Assembly (NCBI RefSeq): GCF_006345805.1
Contig: NC_042997.1
Location: 203,112,001-203,176,000, forward strand
Reading direction: 5' to 3'
Source of the DNA: Octopus sinensis
Taxonomy: Eukaryota
DNA length: 64,000 bases
Shown here: one piece after another, positions 51,346 to 64,000 of the stretch
Numbering within the stretch: the first letter of the stretch is position 1
Layout of the letters: every line of letters starts with the position of its first letter
Translations under genes and position numbers: made by a program
Notes under the pieces: generated by a model
Databases searched by the model: none
Told to the model about the DNA's origin: nothing
The model's input: only the letters and a program-made list of their open reading frames with translations

Positions 51346-53516
51346 CTAGTACATTCTCTTCCGCCCAACACCATATGCTCAATGTTCTATTAAATCAAGG
51401 ATGATTCAGCATGGTTTATTATTGTCATGCCTGGGATGAGAAAGCATATATGTCTGCTCACAACTACATCAATACCTACAACAATTAGAGAAAGCATTGA
51501 GACCAGTTACTTAACCATACTGAAACAGAGGTGATGGCTGGTTCTACTTTATAGATTTCAATTAGTTTTCAAGAGAACAAGGTCTATCATCATCATTTAC
51601 CATCCATCTCCCATAATGGCATTGGCTGAACATAGACAAAACCCTATGAGCTGCAGGACTGCTTCAGTCGCCAGTGTTTGATTTGACATAACTGAAAGCC
51701 TTTGCTGATGCCAACCACTTTACAGACATACTGGGTGTGTTTTTCTTTTTTTTTAGACACCAGTGAAGTCACTGACTTCCAAGACAAGTGAGTGAGGATC
51801 AAAGTCGGGAGGGAGGTGGATTTATGCCAGGTGTTGAGAGGCTAAAAGTATGACAGGGGGACAGGCGTAGTTGTCCTTGTTAAAAAGGAGATACATAGCT
51901 ATCCTCCACTATGTCATATAAACGTGGGTGGGAGTAGGTAGAAAGAAGAGAATGATGATGGTGATGAGGTGTCAGAGAGTAGTCTCAAGATACAAGAGGG
52001 TGAACATAGAAAAAAATATGGACAAAGAATTGGGAAGAGCGGATGGCTATAGGAAAATGTAGTGAATAGAATAAGGGTGGAGATGTGGTTGGTGATAAAT
52101 ATCAGCATGGCAAGAGGGAAGGTGAAAGACTAGGAACTGCTCAGGAAGAAGGAGGTAATAAGTTGATAAGAGGCAGTACAGGAAGGGAGGAAAGCAAGGA
52201 AACTTTAAGAAGAAGAAGAAAAATTAGATAAATAAATAAGTTTTATAGGAAAACTTCTATTTGACATATTTATCGTTAGAGAAATTAACAACCAGCAGCT
52301 AAAAACTCTTCTTGATAGCTTAATACTGGTTGCTTTTAAGTCTCTTCAGTTTAGCACAAAATGGCAGCAGCTTGTTGTGATTGGCTGACATTTCTAAATC
52401 AATGAACACACAGACATTATCTGTCCTGTCAAAGCAAATCATTTAGCTTCAATGAATTCTCCAAGTTCAAATTATTCCTTTTCATCTCATTAATGTCTGT
52501 GGCTGTGTTATAAAGACACATCCATACACTTCTTCATTATAACCACCAATGCAGCCAGCATATACAGTACTATCTTTTCCATTTAATCCTCGTTGACATA
52601 ATGGCTATTGTTGAAAATGTCTAAATCTACATAACCCTACTGAGCATCTGGTTAGGGGTTTGTTTTGTTTTTGACGCCATATAATCCATTTGTCTTATTT
52701 GCACAAACATTTATGCAAATCATAAAACGCCAGACTTGTGATATTCTATAATAACTCCCTTACATAATCAACAAGTCCAGTTTTAAACATAGAAATGTAA
52801 ATTGAATATATAGACAATTAAATGGGTGTTTGAATATAGAAATTAAAAATAATACTGGTATTGCAATACTGTTGATGTTCCAAAATATTTTATTCAATAA
52901 TAATAAATATATGTGAAAGTTATCCATAAAAAATATATCTACAAGGATTCGTTATTTACAAAAACCCATATTCATATTTTAATATCTCTTTTAGATTATA
53001 CACACACATGTATGTATGTATGTATCAGAATATGCTTGCTAATGAAGATTGTAAGCTAGCTTCATAAATGGAAGCCAGTTTAGCTAGTGCTACTTAATGA
53101 TTCCTTACAGGTATGTCTACATATTGATGAATGTGTGTGTGTGTGTGTGTGTGTGCACTCACACACGCATGCATGTAACAAGCAATCTACATAGCTCTGG
53201 CCTCTTTGATAGTAGGCAAGTTTATTAAGTGCAAAATTGGATACTAAGTAGATAAGGAAATGAAATGCAGCCAGGAGGTAAATTGCAGCCAATAAAATTA
53301 CTTCTATAAACTTTAGTCAATGCTTTCGAGCAATTACAGCAAAAGTGAGCAAAACCAAATGAAATTCTTTAGAAAATTCCCCGTTTCAAATTATCTCCCT
53401 TATTAAATGTGGTTATTTCAGCTATGATATTACAGAATAATAAACCATACTGAATGAGTTGAAGAATGTTTGTTTTGAAATTATTAACACTGTTAATAAT
53501 TACAGAAGGATATTGA

Positions 53517-53728
53517 AGGTGGTAAGCTGGTAGAATCATTAGCACACTGGATGAAATGCTTAATTGCAATTTGTCTATCTGTTCTGTGTTCAAATTCTGC
53601 CATGGATGATTTTGCTTTTCATCCTTTCTGGGTTGATAAAATAAGTACCAGTTAAGCATTGGAGTCAATGTAATCAACTTACCACAGTCTCAAAATTGCT
53701 GACCTTGTGCCAAAATTAGAAACCAATA
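53517..53728 (+). mobile_element. SINE family 2
   Basis: aggtggtaagctggtagaatcattagcac..gttcaaattc..ataagtaccagtt. Confidence 0.78.
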
Positions 53729-53834
53729 ATTCCAGAAGAAGGTTATAACAAACAAAACCCTAATGTCTAACCCTTTTGGTACCAGCCTGCCCAAGACTGC
53801 TCCTGGTTCTATGAAACAAAGCTTCCTGCTTTAA

Positions 53835-54826
53835 CCCTTTAGTGTTCAGATTAATCTGTCAAATGTAATGCTTATTTCACATTATTTTGAAGTATTCAGG
53901 TTCAAGAGGAGTGTTCACAATATTTGCTTGTAACTTTGTTAATTTTTTACATATAGATTTGAAATTTTGTCAGTGGTTGCTTGTAAACCAGTGGTTTATA
54001 GTTATGTGACTTTAGCTGATCTTTTTGATTAAATTTGACTTTTACGGGCAGGTAAATTTAATTAACAAGTTAAAAGCAATAATATTATGGATAAACACTA
54101 AAATTGAAATTCTTAACCCTTTCAATACCAACCCAGCTGAAACCAGCTCTGGCTCTGTAGTACAAATGTCTTATTTTCATAAGTTTTGAATTAAAATCTT
54201 AGTCACAATTTATGTTCCTAACACCAGCTTAATGATAACCAAGTTATTTTCCTCATTTTTTGGTTATATTTAAAATTAATTGAAAGAAACAGAGCATCTC
54301 ACAATAAATATGGTAAGAAAAGGGTTAATACATCTAACCTGTTTGATTTGTTACTAAAATTATCCCAGATGTCAACCACCAACAATTTTGCCACTTTTCA
54401 AGATGAGGTACATTAACTTGAATTAATTAATTATTACTCAAACATTCTCATAAATATCAATATTAGATTCATCCAAAGACAAATTGCTGTTGTTTTCATT
54501 CATATTTTGTGCATCATCAAGAGAAAAACCTTCAATGTCAGAATCACTATTTGCTGATGCCATATCATTAAAAACTAAGATATACACTTCTCTTCAAACA
54601 TTGAAAAAAACCAAAGAAGTCCCGAAAATTTCATGATATTTTCACTTGAATAAAGGCGGGAAAGGTATTATCTTACATTATCTCAAAGCTACGAGAATTC
54701 AATAACGTGATTTTTTTTTTTTTTAGCGATTTCATAGAGGAATCAGATACGCCCAGATTTGGCTGGTTTAAACAAGTAAAGGGAAATTATTTTCAGCTGG
54801 TTTTCACCAATCTGAGCACCAAAGAG
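53835..54826 (-). mobile_element. Internally deleted piggyBac-like element (family B) containing a nested MITE
   Basis: TTAA at 53831-53834 and 54827-54830; TIRs 15/18 identical (CCCTTTAGTGTTCAGATT). Acidic 41-aa ORF at 54563-54438 (MASANSDSDIEGFSLDD..) shares the S[DE]S[DE]xEGFS motif with the family A transposase. Confidence 0.75.
54117..54324. mobile_element. piggyBac-type MITE (family A) nested in the family B element
   Basis: TTAA at 54113-54116 and 54325-54328; imperfect TIRs CCCTTTCAATACCA / TGGTAAGAAAAGGG. Confidence 0.85.
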
Positions 54827-55975
54827 TTAAAGTGACCGAAATTAAAACCTTCCTTCAAAATTTCATGTGCATTTATGTTCCAAATACAAGATCAATAATG
54901 AAAAAAGTATTTTCCTAATTGGGTTGGATCATCTGACCGGAACTGATGGATCCAAGGACCTTATCATGCTTCACTGTTTCCATTATTTTCAGAATTAATG
55001 GAAACAAAGGAAGAGTATTTTATTTTTGCATTTGGTTTGCAAGATTCTTTATGTGAACTTATGATTTGAAATGTATTTCATTGAATTTTATGCCACTAAT
55101 AAACATACACTGGCCCTATTTCACTTTTGTTATTTTTATTTGTCAATTTAACTGTTTAACAAATTAACTAATCAATTGTTTGATTAACTATTCAGTTAAT
55201 CAGTCAACTAGATTAGAACCAGTGCATGCATGCATTTAATGATGGCATAATGCCTCCCACCTCTATACAACAAACAAGGAAGTGTAATTTCTACAAAAAT
55301 ATATTAATGAAAGAGTTAAAAGGAAAACATAAAATCAAAACAATTACAGATCTATTAATTCTTAACATGTCCCAGCAGATTTGAACATTTGCTTTTTGTC
55401 TTGAAAGATTGCCTGTCTCTATATAGGCAATCTTATGTTTGAAGTGTCTTGGTGACAAATATTCTCAGACAGAAGTAAGAGATTTGTACATAAAGTGAAA
55501 AATACCACAAGAACAGAGTGAGTACAAAATTTTTTTAAATATCAAATTGAAAGAAACATGAGAAAAGAAAAAAAGCAGGAAATTTTAAGGAATTTTTTTA
55601 TTTATTTGGAATTGTGTGACAAATTGACATTTCTTAAAAGTAAAAACCAAGCATTTATCAGCTGACAGGTCATTTTTATCAAGAAGTGAGCCATAAGTTT
55701 AAAATTAGTTCCAAATGATTCCTATTTATTATTGACTCTAATACTGAGATAAAAAGGATACCACACCTTTCTTATAAATTGTTGCCCTTTCACACATAAA
55801 GATAGATTCTAAAATGTAAGTGTAGTTTTGTCATATCATAACTAATGGAGCCTTGAGGTAAACTTTAGAAAGCTTCTAATAGAGAAATTGTAGATTCTAA
55901 AAAAAATGCATAAAGATAATTTTGAAATGGCGCCTTTTAATTTACATACTGCCATCACAGGAAAGACTTCTGAAT

Positions 55976-56001
55976 ACATACATGCATACACAAACAAATA
56001 T

Positions 56002-56039
<38 letters not shown>

Positions 56040-56125
56040 CTATATGTGTATATATATATGTGTGTATATGTAGATATGCACATACTTGTACACATATATA
56101 TACATATACACACATATCTACATAT

Positions 56126-56156
<31 letters not shown>

Positions 56157-56212
56157 CACATATAGACACATACATAAACATACACACATATGTAAACACA
56201 CACATATATATA
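55976..56212. repeat. Compound GT/TA/CA low-complexity tract
   Basis: Read directly from the sequence. Confidence 0.95.
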
Positions 56213-56619
56213 ACCACTTATATTATGACGTTCAGACCTCAAGGGTATGCCCTGGTACTTGCAACCATCTATATCTCTCTCTTCCTTTACTCAACCATCC
56301 CATTTATATTCTGATCCTCGTTCCTTTCGAGTATGCTCGGCACTTTGCCACAATCTCTATCTCCTGTCTCCCACTCTCTCTCTCCTTCTCCTGCACTTCC
56401 CTCAGGTTGGGTAACCATGTATTTCCCTTGCAGTTGTGCACCTATTTCTGTCTTCATTCCTGATCTTTCTCACTCTCTCTCTCTCCGGTTGAGTAACCTT
56501 GTACCTCCTCTACAGCAAGACACCTGTTTCTGTCTCTCTGTCTCACTATAACCTTTCATCATCTGACACAAGATCACTCCCTCCAATGCCCCTCCCCTCT
56601 CAAAAAAGATTTTTTTGCC

Positions 56620-56948
56620 TTCCAAGTACTTGGTGACCCTGTCAGTGCAGGTGCCACTTAAAAGTACCCAGTCCACACTGTAAAGTGGTTAGCATTTTGA
56701 AGGGTATCCAGCTGTAAAATTCTTGCCAAAACTGACCTCAACTACGCTTGTGCCACATAAAAATGCTAAGTCCACTCTGCTGAATGGTTGGTGTTAGGAA
56801 GGGCATCCAGCTGTAAAAATCCTGCCAAAACAGTCACAGAAGTCTGGTGCAGGCTTCTGTCTGGCTGGCTCTTGTCAAACCGTCCCACCCATGCCAGCAT
56901 GGAAGATGGATGTTAAGCGATGATGATGAACAAGAAAGCTTTTGACAG
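56620..56948 (+). mobile_element. Older RTE-type tail with an internal duplication
   Basis: Two successive ..aagggYatccagctgtaaaa.. segments, ending in gatgatgatg. Confidence 0.7.
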
Positions 56949-57009
56949 GATCCCCCAATCCCTTATCTGGTGGTCAAATGCAGAAACTAGGTATAGATCA
57001 GTGGTTGGT

Positions 57010-58582
57010 GAGAGCTGTATAAGCCATGTACAGGGTGTTGTCAGTAAGGTGAAGGTTGCAATGAGTATAGTGAAAAATTCAGGGTACAAGTAGGGTTTCA
57101 CCAAGAACCAGTCCTTAGCCCCCACCCCACCTCCCCCCTGTTCATCATAGTCCTCCAAGCAATAATAGTGGAATTTAAGACAGGGAGCTCCTCTATGCTG
57201 ATGACCTTGTTCTTAAAGCTGATCCACAATTAGAGAAGTTTCAAGTATGGAAACAAGGTCTGGAATGAAAGGGCCTCAGAGTTAACCTAACAAAAACCAA
57301 AGAATTAGTAAGTAGGAGAGCAGACAAATTACAAATCCCTACAGGTAGATAGCCCAGCTCAATCTGTAGGAAAGGCATAAGCAGAAACTCCCATAAGATG
57401 TACCTGGTGTAAGCTATGGACACATAAGAGGTGCAGCAATATCAGAGGAAGACTAACTGGGAAAATAGTCTTTGTGTGTGGACGGTGCACAGGTACAATA
57501 AACACTAAACATGTACAGAAAACAGACTCCATTGACTGCCAGGGATGGGGGGGGGGGTAAACTAGAAGTAGTAGATAGCTTCCAATATTTAGGTGACCAA
57601 ATCAGTAGCGGTGGTGGATGCTCTGAGAGCATAGTTGCACAATAAGAATAGGTTGGGTAAAGTTCAGAGAGTTCCTACCCATGCTGGCAACAAAGAATGA
57701 AAAGTAGATTGTATGATGCCTGTGTATGAAGAGCTATGCTACATGGCAGTGAAACATGGATTGTGACTGCTGAGGACATTGAAAGAAATGAAGCTAGTAT
57801 GCTTCCCTAGATGTGTAATGTCAGTGTGCATGTATGACAGAGTGTAAGCATCTTGAGAGCAAAGTTGTGTATAAGAGGCATCAGGTGTGGTGTGGAAGAG
57901 AGATGGCATGGTCATGTGATGCATAAGGATCAGAACAGCTGTTTACAGAAGTGCCAATCTCTAACTGTGGAGGGAAGCTGTAGAAGAGGTAGATCCAGGA
58001 AGACATGGGACGAAGCGGTGAAGCATGATTTTTGAACGCTGGAACTCATGGAGTGACTGAGACCTTTGGTGATATGCTGTACTTGAGAAAACTTGTCAAC
58101 CCATGCCAGTGGGATATAAAAGGTACCATTCAAGAGTTGGGCCTCTGGAGGCAATGTGATTGATGCCAGTGTCACATAACTAGCACTCAGATGTTGGGCC
58201 TCATGAAGGTAATGTGGCCAATGCCAGTGTTGCGTAACTAGCACCTGTGCCGGTGACACATAAAAAGCTTCTTTCAAGCGTTGCACCTCATGGAGGCAAT
58301 GACAAATGACTGAGACACTTGGTGATATGCTGTGCAAAAGAAAAAGACCCATCAAGCCAAGTGAAATTGTAGTCATAGGAGACACTGGCACCCATGCTGG
58401 TGGCATGTAAAAGCACCCATTACACTCTCAGACTGGTTGGTGTTAGGAAGAGCATCCAGCCATAGAAACTATGCCAGATCAGACTGGAGTCTGGTGCAGC
58501 CCCTCAGCTTACCAGCCCTAGTCAAACCATTCAGCCCATGCTAGCATGGACAATGGACATTAATTGATGATGATGATGATTA
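57010..58582 (+). mobile_element. 5'-truncated, degenerate RTE-clade LINE (RT domain to 3' tail)
   Basis: ELLYADDL with YADD at 57194-57205. Downstream frames resemble RTE ORF segments (LYDACV..MLHGSETW, ERNEASML.WMCNVSV, LRAKLCIRGIRCGVEERWHGHVM). Ends in a (GAT)n tail. Confidence 0.88.
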
Positions 58583-58916
58583 TCTTTGTCTTTTAACATC
58601 CATGTTTCATGCTGGCATGAATTAGACAACTTGACAGGATCTAATGGGTCTGAGGATTACTTTGTGTTCCAACTGTCCATTTTAGCATGGTTTCTATGTC
58701 TGGATGCTCTTCCTAATGCCAATCATTCTACAGAGTGTACTGGACACATTTTTCATGGCACCAGCACACAGGAAGTCATTATATGGTCCCAAGTTCATTA
58801 CCACTATGTGGTATTTTGAGCAAGTGTCTTCTACTATAGCCTCAGGCCATCCAGATTCTTGAATGAGAATTTGGTACTTGAAAACTGAAAGCTCATTATT
58901 CATTCATTCATTCATT

Positions 58917-58971
<55 letters not shown>

Positions 58972-60214
58972 AAGATGTATATGTGTTTACATTTATACTC
59001 AATGAAAATCACTATGAGAAGTGTTTTGTTATCACTACTCCTGTTTCTCCTGTCAACAAATCATCCACTCACTTCACACCTTTGAAGAGATGTGAAATAT
59101 GAGATCAGGGTATCTGGTTACAAAGCAATGCCTTGATGATATATATATATGTCTGACCTACAACAGCATGGAAAAACAGGTGTAAATCACAAACACACAT
59201 GCAGGAATGCCACATATTCTAGCCAAGATTACAATCTTAATAATCCTAATATTTTTGCTTTTAATATGAATAGGATATAGACTTTTAGATAGATTTTTAG
59301 TCTTTTTTATTGATTAAGTAGAAGGATAAAGGTTTATATGTCAAACTATTACAAGTTATAACCTAAATATCTACATTCAAAATATTTCCCCCATGAATAA
59401 AACCTTTGAAAATGTGCCCCAGTATGGCCACAGTTCACTGAAAGAAGTAAAAGACCGATATAATAAACATGGTAGAAAATTATGAAGCTTTTCATTGAAA
59501 CAGATTGCTAGATTATGTCAACATTGCAAAGTACATGGATTGATTATTGGGTTTATTAAGAAACTGTTCATTCGCATAATGGACTTTGGAAACAGAATGC
59601 ATTACCATGGTTGGAATTTAGAGAGAAGTTGAAGTTAGAAATTCTAAAGGGAACGAATTTCAAATATTACAATGGGAAAGTGAACTTGAAAAGAAATATT
59701 TACTGAACGAAAATCAAGATTTTTAAATGAATAAGATTTTAAATGAATTTTAATACAAAACACACACACACAAAAAGGAAAGGAAATGTTTACCAATTTG
59801 GAAAACTAAACACACTTAAAAATATTTAACAAATTTTCAGTTACAACTCCATCCCTTACAACTTGCATCTTTAAACATATCCCCCCATCACATTGTTACA
59901 GAACATCCCTCTCTATACCTTCAGTACTACTTATACTCCTCACCCCTACTGTTCAATGTGGGTAATTCTCCAATACATCTCCAACACTACCTCTCTCTCT
60001 CTCTCTCTCATTGATTGTCTATCTTTTTCACAAACTCTCTCCCTCCTTCCTTCTCTTTCCTTGTCCTACTGGGATGGCCAAGTCTCTCTTCTATAGTAAA
60101 ACAACTATCTCTGCCCTCAATTATACTCTAACATCTTGCCTGGCACACATCCACTTCTCTTGGTTCCACTCCTTCACTCAACTAAGATATCTTTGTCTTG
60201 CAAGTTACTAGTCA

Positions 60215-60362
60215 ACCTCACTGGATTTCTATCTACCAAATCCACTCACAAGGCTTTGGTCAGCCTGAGGCTATAGCAGAAGACACTCACCTAAGGTGCC
60301 ATGCAGTGGGACTGAACCCAGAACCATGTGGTTGGGAAACAAGTTCCTTACCACACAGCCAG
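60215..60362 (-). mobile_element. SINE family 1 head
   Basis: Reverse complement of head and core (ccacacagcc, gggactgaaccc, ccactcacaaggc). Confidence 0.8.
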
Positions 60363-62084
60363 GCTTCAGTATTATAATTGAAGCAAAAGTTGTATTTCGA
60401 CAGAAACTTACTTAACCAAACAGTTAATTCAGCCAATCCATTATTGCCCTCTTAGTAGCTATGCTGGTTGTTAAAAGCCACCAAATTTGCTGCTGCGTTT
60501 CAGACAAATTTTACATAGGATTCAGGTCTCGCTCATAACCACTCAATTCCTTGTACAAACTTTTTTGTTTGCTTTCAACCAAAGTAACCAACCAGCTCTG
60601 AGACAACTGCCTCTTCCAATACTCTCTATCAACACATCTCTGAGCCACTTCATATCCTTGAAATTATTGGATAGTAAAATAAATAAATAAATAAATATTA
60701 ACAATTTGAAATCAATTCCCATAAAGCAGAAAAAGAGAGAAAAAGAAATATGTCAGATAATTTAGTGTATAATAAATTCAAATCCTATCAATTTCATCGT
60801 CATTTAAAGATCATGTTCTGTGTTCCATGCTGGCATGGAATATGGATGGTTTCACAGGATCCAACCAGTCTGAAGTATGCATTGTGCTCCATCATCTGCT
60901 TTGGTATGATTTCTCCAGTGAAACACTCTTCCTAATGACAACCACTTTACAGTTTGTACTGATGCATTCATCATGGCACCAGAGCTGGTTAAGTTTCCAT
61001 GCAGCTTGCAACATAGTCTACACCAAAAGAGGAGGCTTTACACTAGAAGATGAGAGGTTGAAGCATGAGAGAAGTAGGGCCAGAGCAGAAGAGGTATTTT
61101 GCTATAGAGGAGCCACATGGTCATTCACGTTTTGGAAACGAGAGTAGGAGAGGTCAAGGTGAATCCTCAATGTACAAGGTGAGTAGAAGTGTATGAAGGA
61201 AGGAGTAGTGGAAGAAGTACCAAAAGTGTGGGTGGAATTTGCAAGATGGTATCAAGGGATTTAGAGATAGAGAATAGATGAGAGGACAGGGAAGTGGGCA
61301 ACCACTGTAAAGATTGGGTAGGGTTGAAGGGTGGATGTAGTGAATGATGAAAAACAAATTCTCTGAGTTAGGGGAGTTGGGGGTTCATGACTAGGAGATG
61401 ACTGATAGTATGGAGGGCAGCTTCAGAGATTTAGACAAAGGAAGCTAGGAAGATGGAGAAAAACAATAACAAATAACAACAAGGTATTTTTTATAGATTA
61501 AGCGAAGTGAGCGTTAAAAGCTATGTATATAGATACAAAAGTTAACTCAGGACATAAGTTGATTAGTCTCATCCCACCGGATCAATAGAAACGTTACAGT
61601 AATCTCTCTCTCTCTAACATGTTGTCTATAATATGTGAATATAGGTTATTAGGACAATAATTCAGCAGACTCCAGTTTCAGTTGTGGGGAATGCAAAAGA
61701 AAAACAAAAAAGATGCGGAAATAAATCAGAAAGGATGCTTGTCAATAATTGCATATTGGTTGGTTAAGTGGAAACAATGTGTTGCAGTATTTCAAATAAT
61801 TATTCTAAGGAAGTTTTTTTTTACTTCTCTCTCTCAAAGGTGAGAGGAGGTGGGTAGCAAGAACGATATGTTATATTTCACTGAAGCATGAAACCAGTTT
61901 ATAATTTCTTTGCTTGAAATATATGATATTAATATTGACATGATAAATGAGACTGTAATAATCTGTAACACAATAAATGACAGGATTAAATTCCTTTAAA
62001 TATTTTAGAGCATAGCAATCAAACCCAACAACCCATTTGATCAATTTTAGATATCAAATGTTCACTAAAAGTATTCAAAGAGGT

Positions 62085-62250
62085 CAAGAGAGAGACAGAG
62101 GCAAATAGAGAATGAAACGGATGAAGAGAGACAGAGAGATAGATGGAGAGAGAGAGACAGATGGAGAGAGAGAGAGAGAGGGACAGAGAGAGAGACAGAC
62201 AGACAGATAAAGAAAGAGACATAGAGAGAAACAGAGATAGAGAAAAAGAC

Positions 62251-62287
<37 letters not shown>

Positions 62288-62336
62288 AAGAAAGAGATAT
62301 AGAGAAACAGAGGTAGAGAAAAAGACAGAGAAATAA

Positions 62337-62371
<35 letters not shown>
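62085..62371. repeat. Polypurine (AG)n/(ACAG)n tract
   Basis: Read directly from the sequence. Confidence 0.95.
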
Positions 62372-62373
<2 letters not shown>

Positions 62374-62877
62374 ACCTCTCAAAGAACTTAACTGTATTAG
62401 ATATGATGCTCGAGATAAGCAATTTTCAAAAATATTTGCCAACAAATTTTCTAACCACTTTGGGATGTTCATTTCTGAACTGCTTTACTGATTTAATACA
62501 CGTTTTCAAAATAAATTTGATAGTAGTTCTCATGTAGACATGTGTGAATAGTTGGGAAGAAGTGATGAAGTCAGATGTCAGCATACCAAACCACTAAAAA
62601 ATTTGGATGATAACAGATCTGAGATGAAGTGGATAGCATGCTGTATGACAGACATATCTCACACTCCTGCCAATACAAAGAAATGAATATTAACATGATG
62701 ATGACGATGATGATCTTATCCTCCATCAAACCACAACCACTCAACTTGAAATGGTACTAATACAAGATTAATGTGTTTACTTAAGAAACATGTGAATTGA
62801 CAATAGCAGAGTTTTACATTATATTATTTGGTTCAGACATTAGGTCTACGTACATCAATATGTCTAATTATATAAGA

Positions 62878-63295
62878 AGAGGCATGGCTGTGTGGTGAAG
62901 AAATACGCTTCCCAACCACATGGTTTGTGGGTTCAGTCTCACTGTATAGTACCTTGGGCAAGTGTCTTCCATTTCTCCAGGCTAACCAAAGCCTTTGTGT
63001 GGATTTGGTAGATGGAAACTGAAACATGCCAGTCGTGTGTGTGTGTGTGTGTGTGTCTTAGCATCATGGGATTGATATGAGTATCCCTATCATGCAAAGT
63101 ATCTTATTTCCAATCTTCCATAGAAACATGACTGGCCATGGGGAAAATATCACTTTGCTTGTAAACAAGTTGGGGGTCAATGGCATGAAGGGCTTTATGT
63201 CCTTTGTGTCATCAACCTAGAAAAATCTGTCTCCACAGATTCTATTGACCCATGAAACTATGAAAATGTAAATGTTAAAACAATGATGATTGTGA
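62878..63295 (+). mobile_element. SINE family 1 head with tail B
   Basis: ggcatggctgtgtggtgaag..gggttcagtctc..ccttgggcaagtgtctt, then (GT)n, tail B and atgatgattgtgatg. Confidence 0.8.
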
Positions 63296-64000
63296 TGAGA
63301 ATACACATCTCTAGAAATACTGAACACTATTAATAAATGTTTGAGTAAGCAGCTGGATGTGTCTGTAATTCAGAAAGTACAGCCTTGTCACACTGGTTCT
63401 GCCTGAAAATTACATTAAGAGTTTACATGTCTGTGGAATACTCAGGCACTTGTAAGTTAAGGCACTAGTCAGTTTGAGAAGACACCTGTTCACAATGACA
63501 CGTCATCAACAGAATCATAAGCCATGATGTTATGAAAGAAACTTCGCCACATTACAGTGATGCTAAAGAAAAACCTCCCAAATATTGGTTTATCAAGAAT
63601 AGTAAATATGGAGGGGTTTTTGGCTGCACCCTGAATCTTACTTACCTGGAAATTAAAGGAAAACCCTTTTCTAAAAATCAGAACACAATGTTTTCAATAG
63701 GAAAAAAAGAAAATGCATTTTTAAATGTTTTTTTTTCCCCCAACAATTATCTTCTGGCATTAAAATATTAATTTTTTGGAACATAATAGGATTTATGCTA
63801 CAAATTAATTATATTAAGGAAGTAGTATCAGTTCAGTAAAGTTAATGATGGATTAGAAGATGCAACAAAGAACAAGTTCCTTGGAGGGATGTAGCACAAA
63901 CAGTAAAACTGAAGGTGGTGGAAAAGAAAACAATATTCTTAAAAAAAAAAATTTTTTTTTTTAAACTATTTCTTTAGCTCTTAGTTACCATGTAACACAC

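Noticed and set aside
55922-56463. Several 90-130 aa ORFs
   Set aside because: They are translations of GT/TA/CA low-complexity sequence.
63638-63650. ACTTACCTGG resembling the U1 snRNA 5' end on the plus strand
   Set aside because: No U1 body follows. It is better read as a strong donor on the minus strand.
34499-64000. Search for the upstream catulin exon (..LLLAD.VV.KQ..K)
   Set aside because: No matching frame with splice sites was found by eye. It is presumed to lie beyond the window; tBLASTn would settle this.

Overview
AT-rich, repeat-dense animal genomic DNA. The repeat families and microsatellite load look like an octopus or other coleoid cephalopod (inferred, not database-verified). 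The window lies inside one large minus-strand gene, alpha-catulin (CTNNAL1-like). Three phase-0 coding exons are found: 34498-34379, 8240-8151 and 6792-6583. They are separated by introns of 26,138 and 1,358 bp, and no further exon was recognised in the 29.5 kb upstream or 6.5 kb downstream. The rest is intron filled with tRNA-derived SINEs, truncated RTE-type LINEs with (GAT)n tails, R4/Dong-like fragments, piggyBac deletion derivatives and their TTAA MITEs (often nested), and microsatellites. Main observations: (1) a Penelope-like element with a GIY-YIG remnant whose inverted terminal repeats each carry a type I hammerhead motif; the copy with an intact core is on the host pre-mRNA strand. 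(2) A 344-bp near-perfect palindrome inside a 15-bp direct repeat. (3) A 67-bp hairpin-unit tandem array in a LINE 3' region. (4) Two independent piggyBac-B insertions at the same TTAA of another MITE family. (5) A candidate recursive splice site at 63645/63646. No real tRNA, rRNA or CRISPR array is supported. Most ORFs in the supplied track are repeat or microsatellite artefacts. Repeat boundaries without a stated TSD or TIR are approximate.
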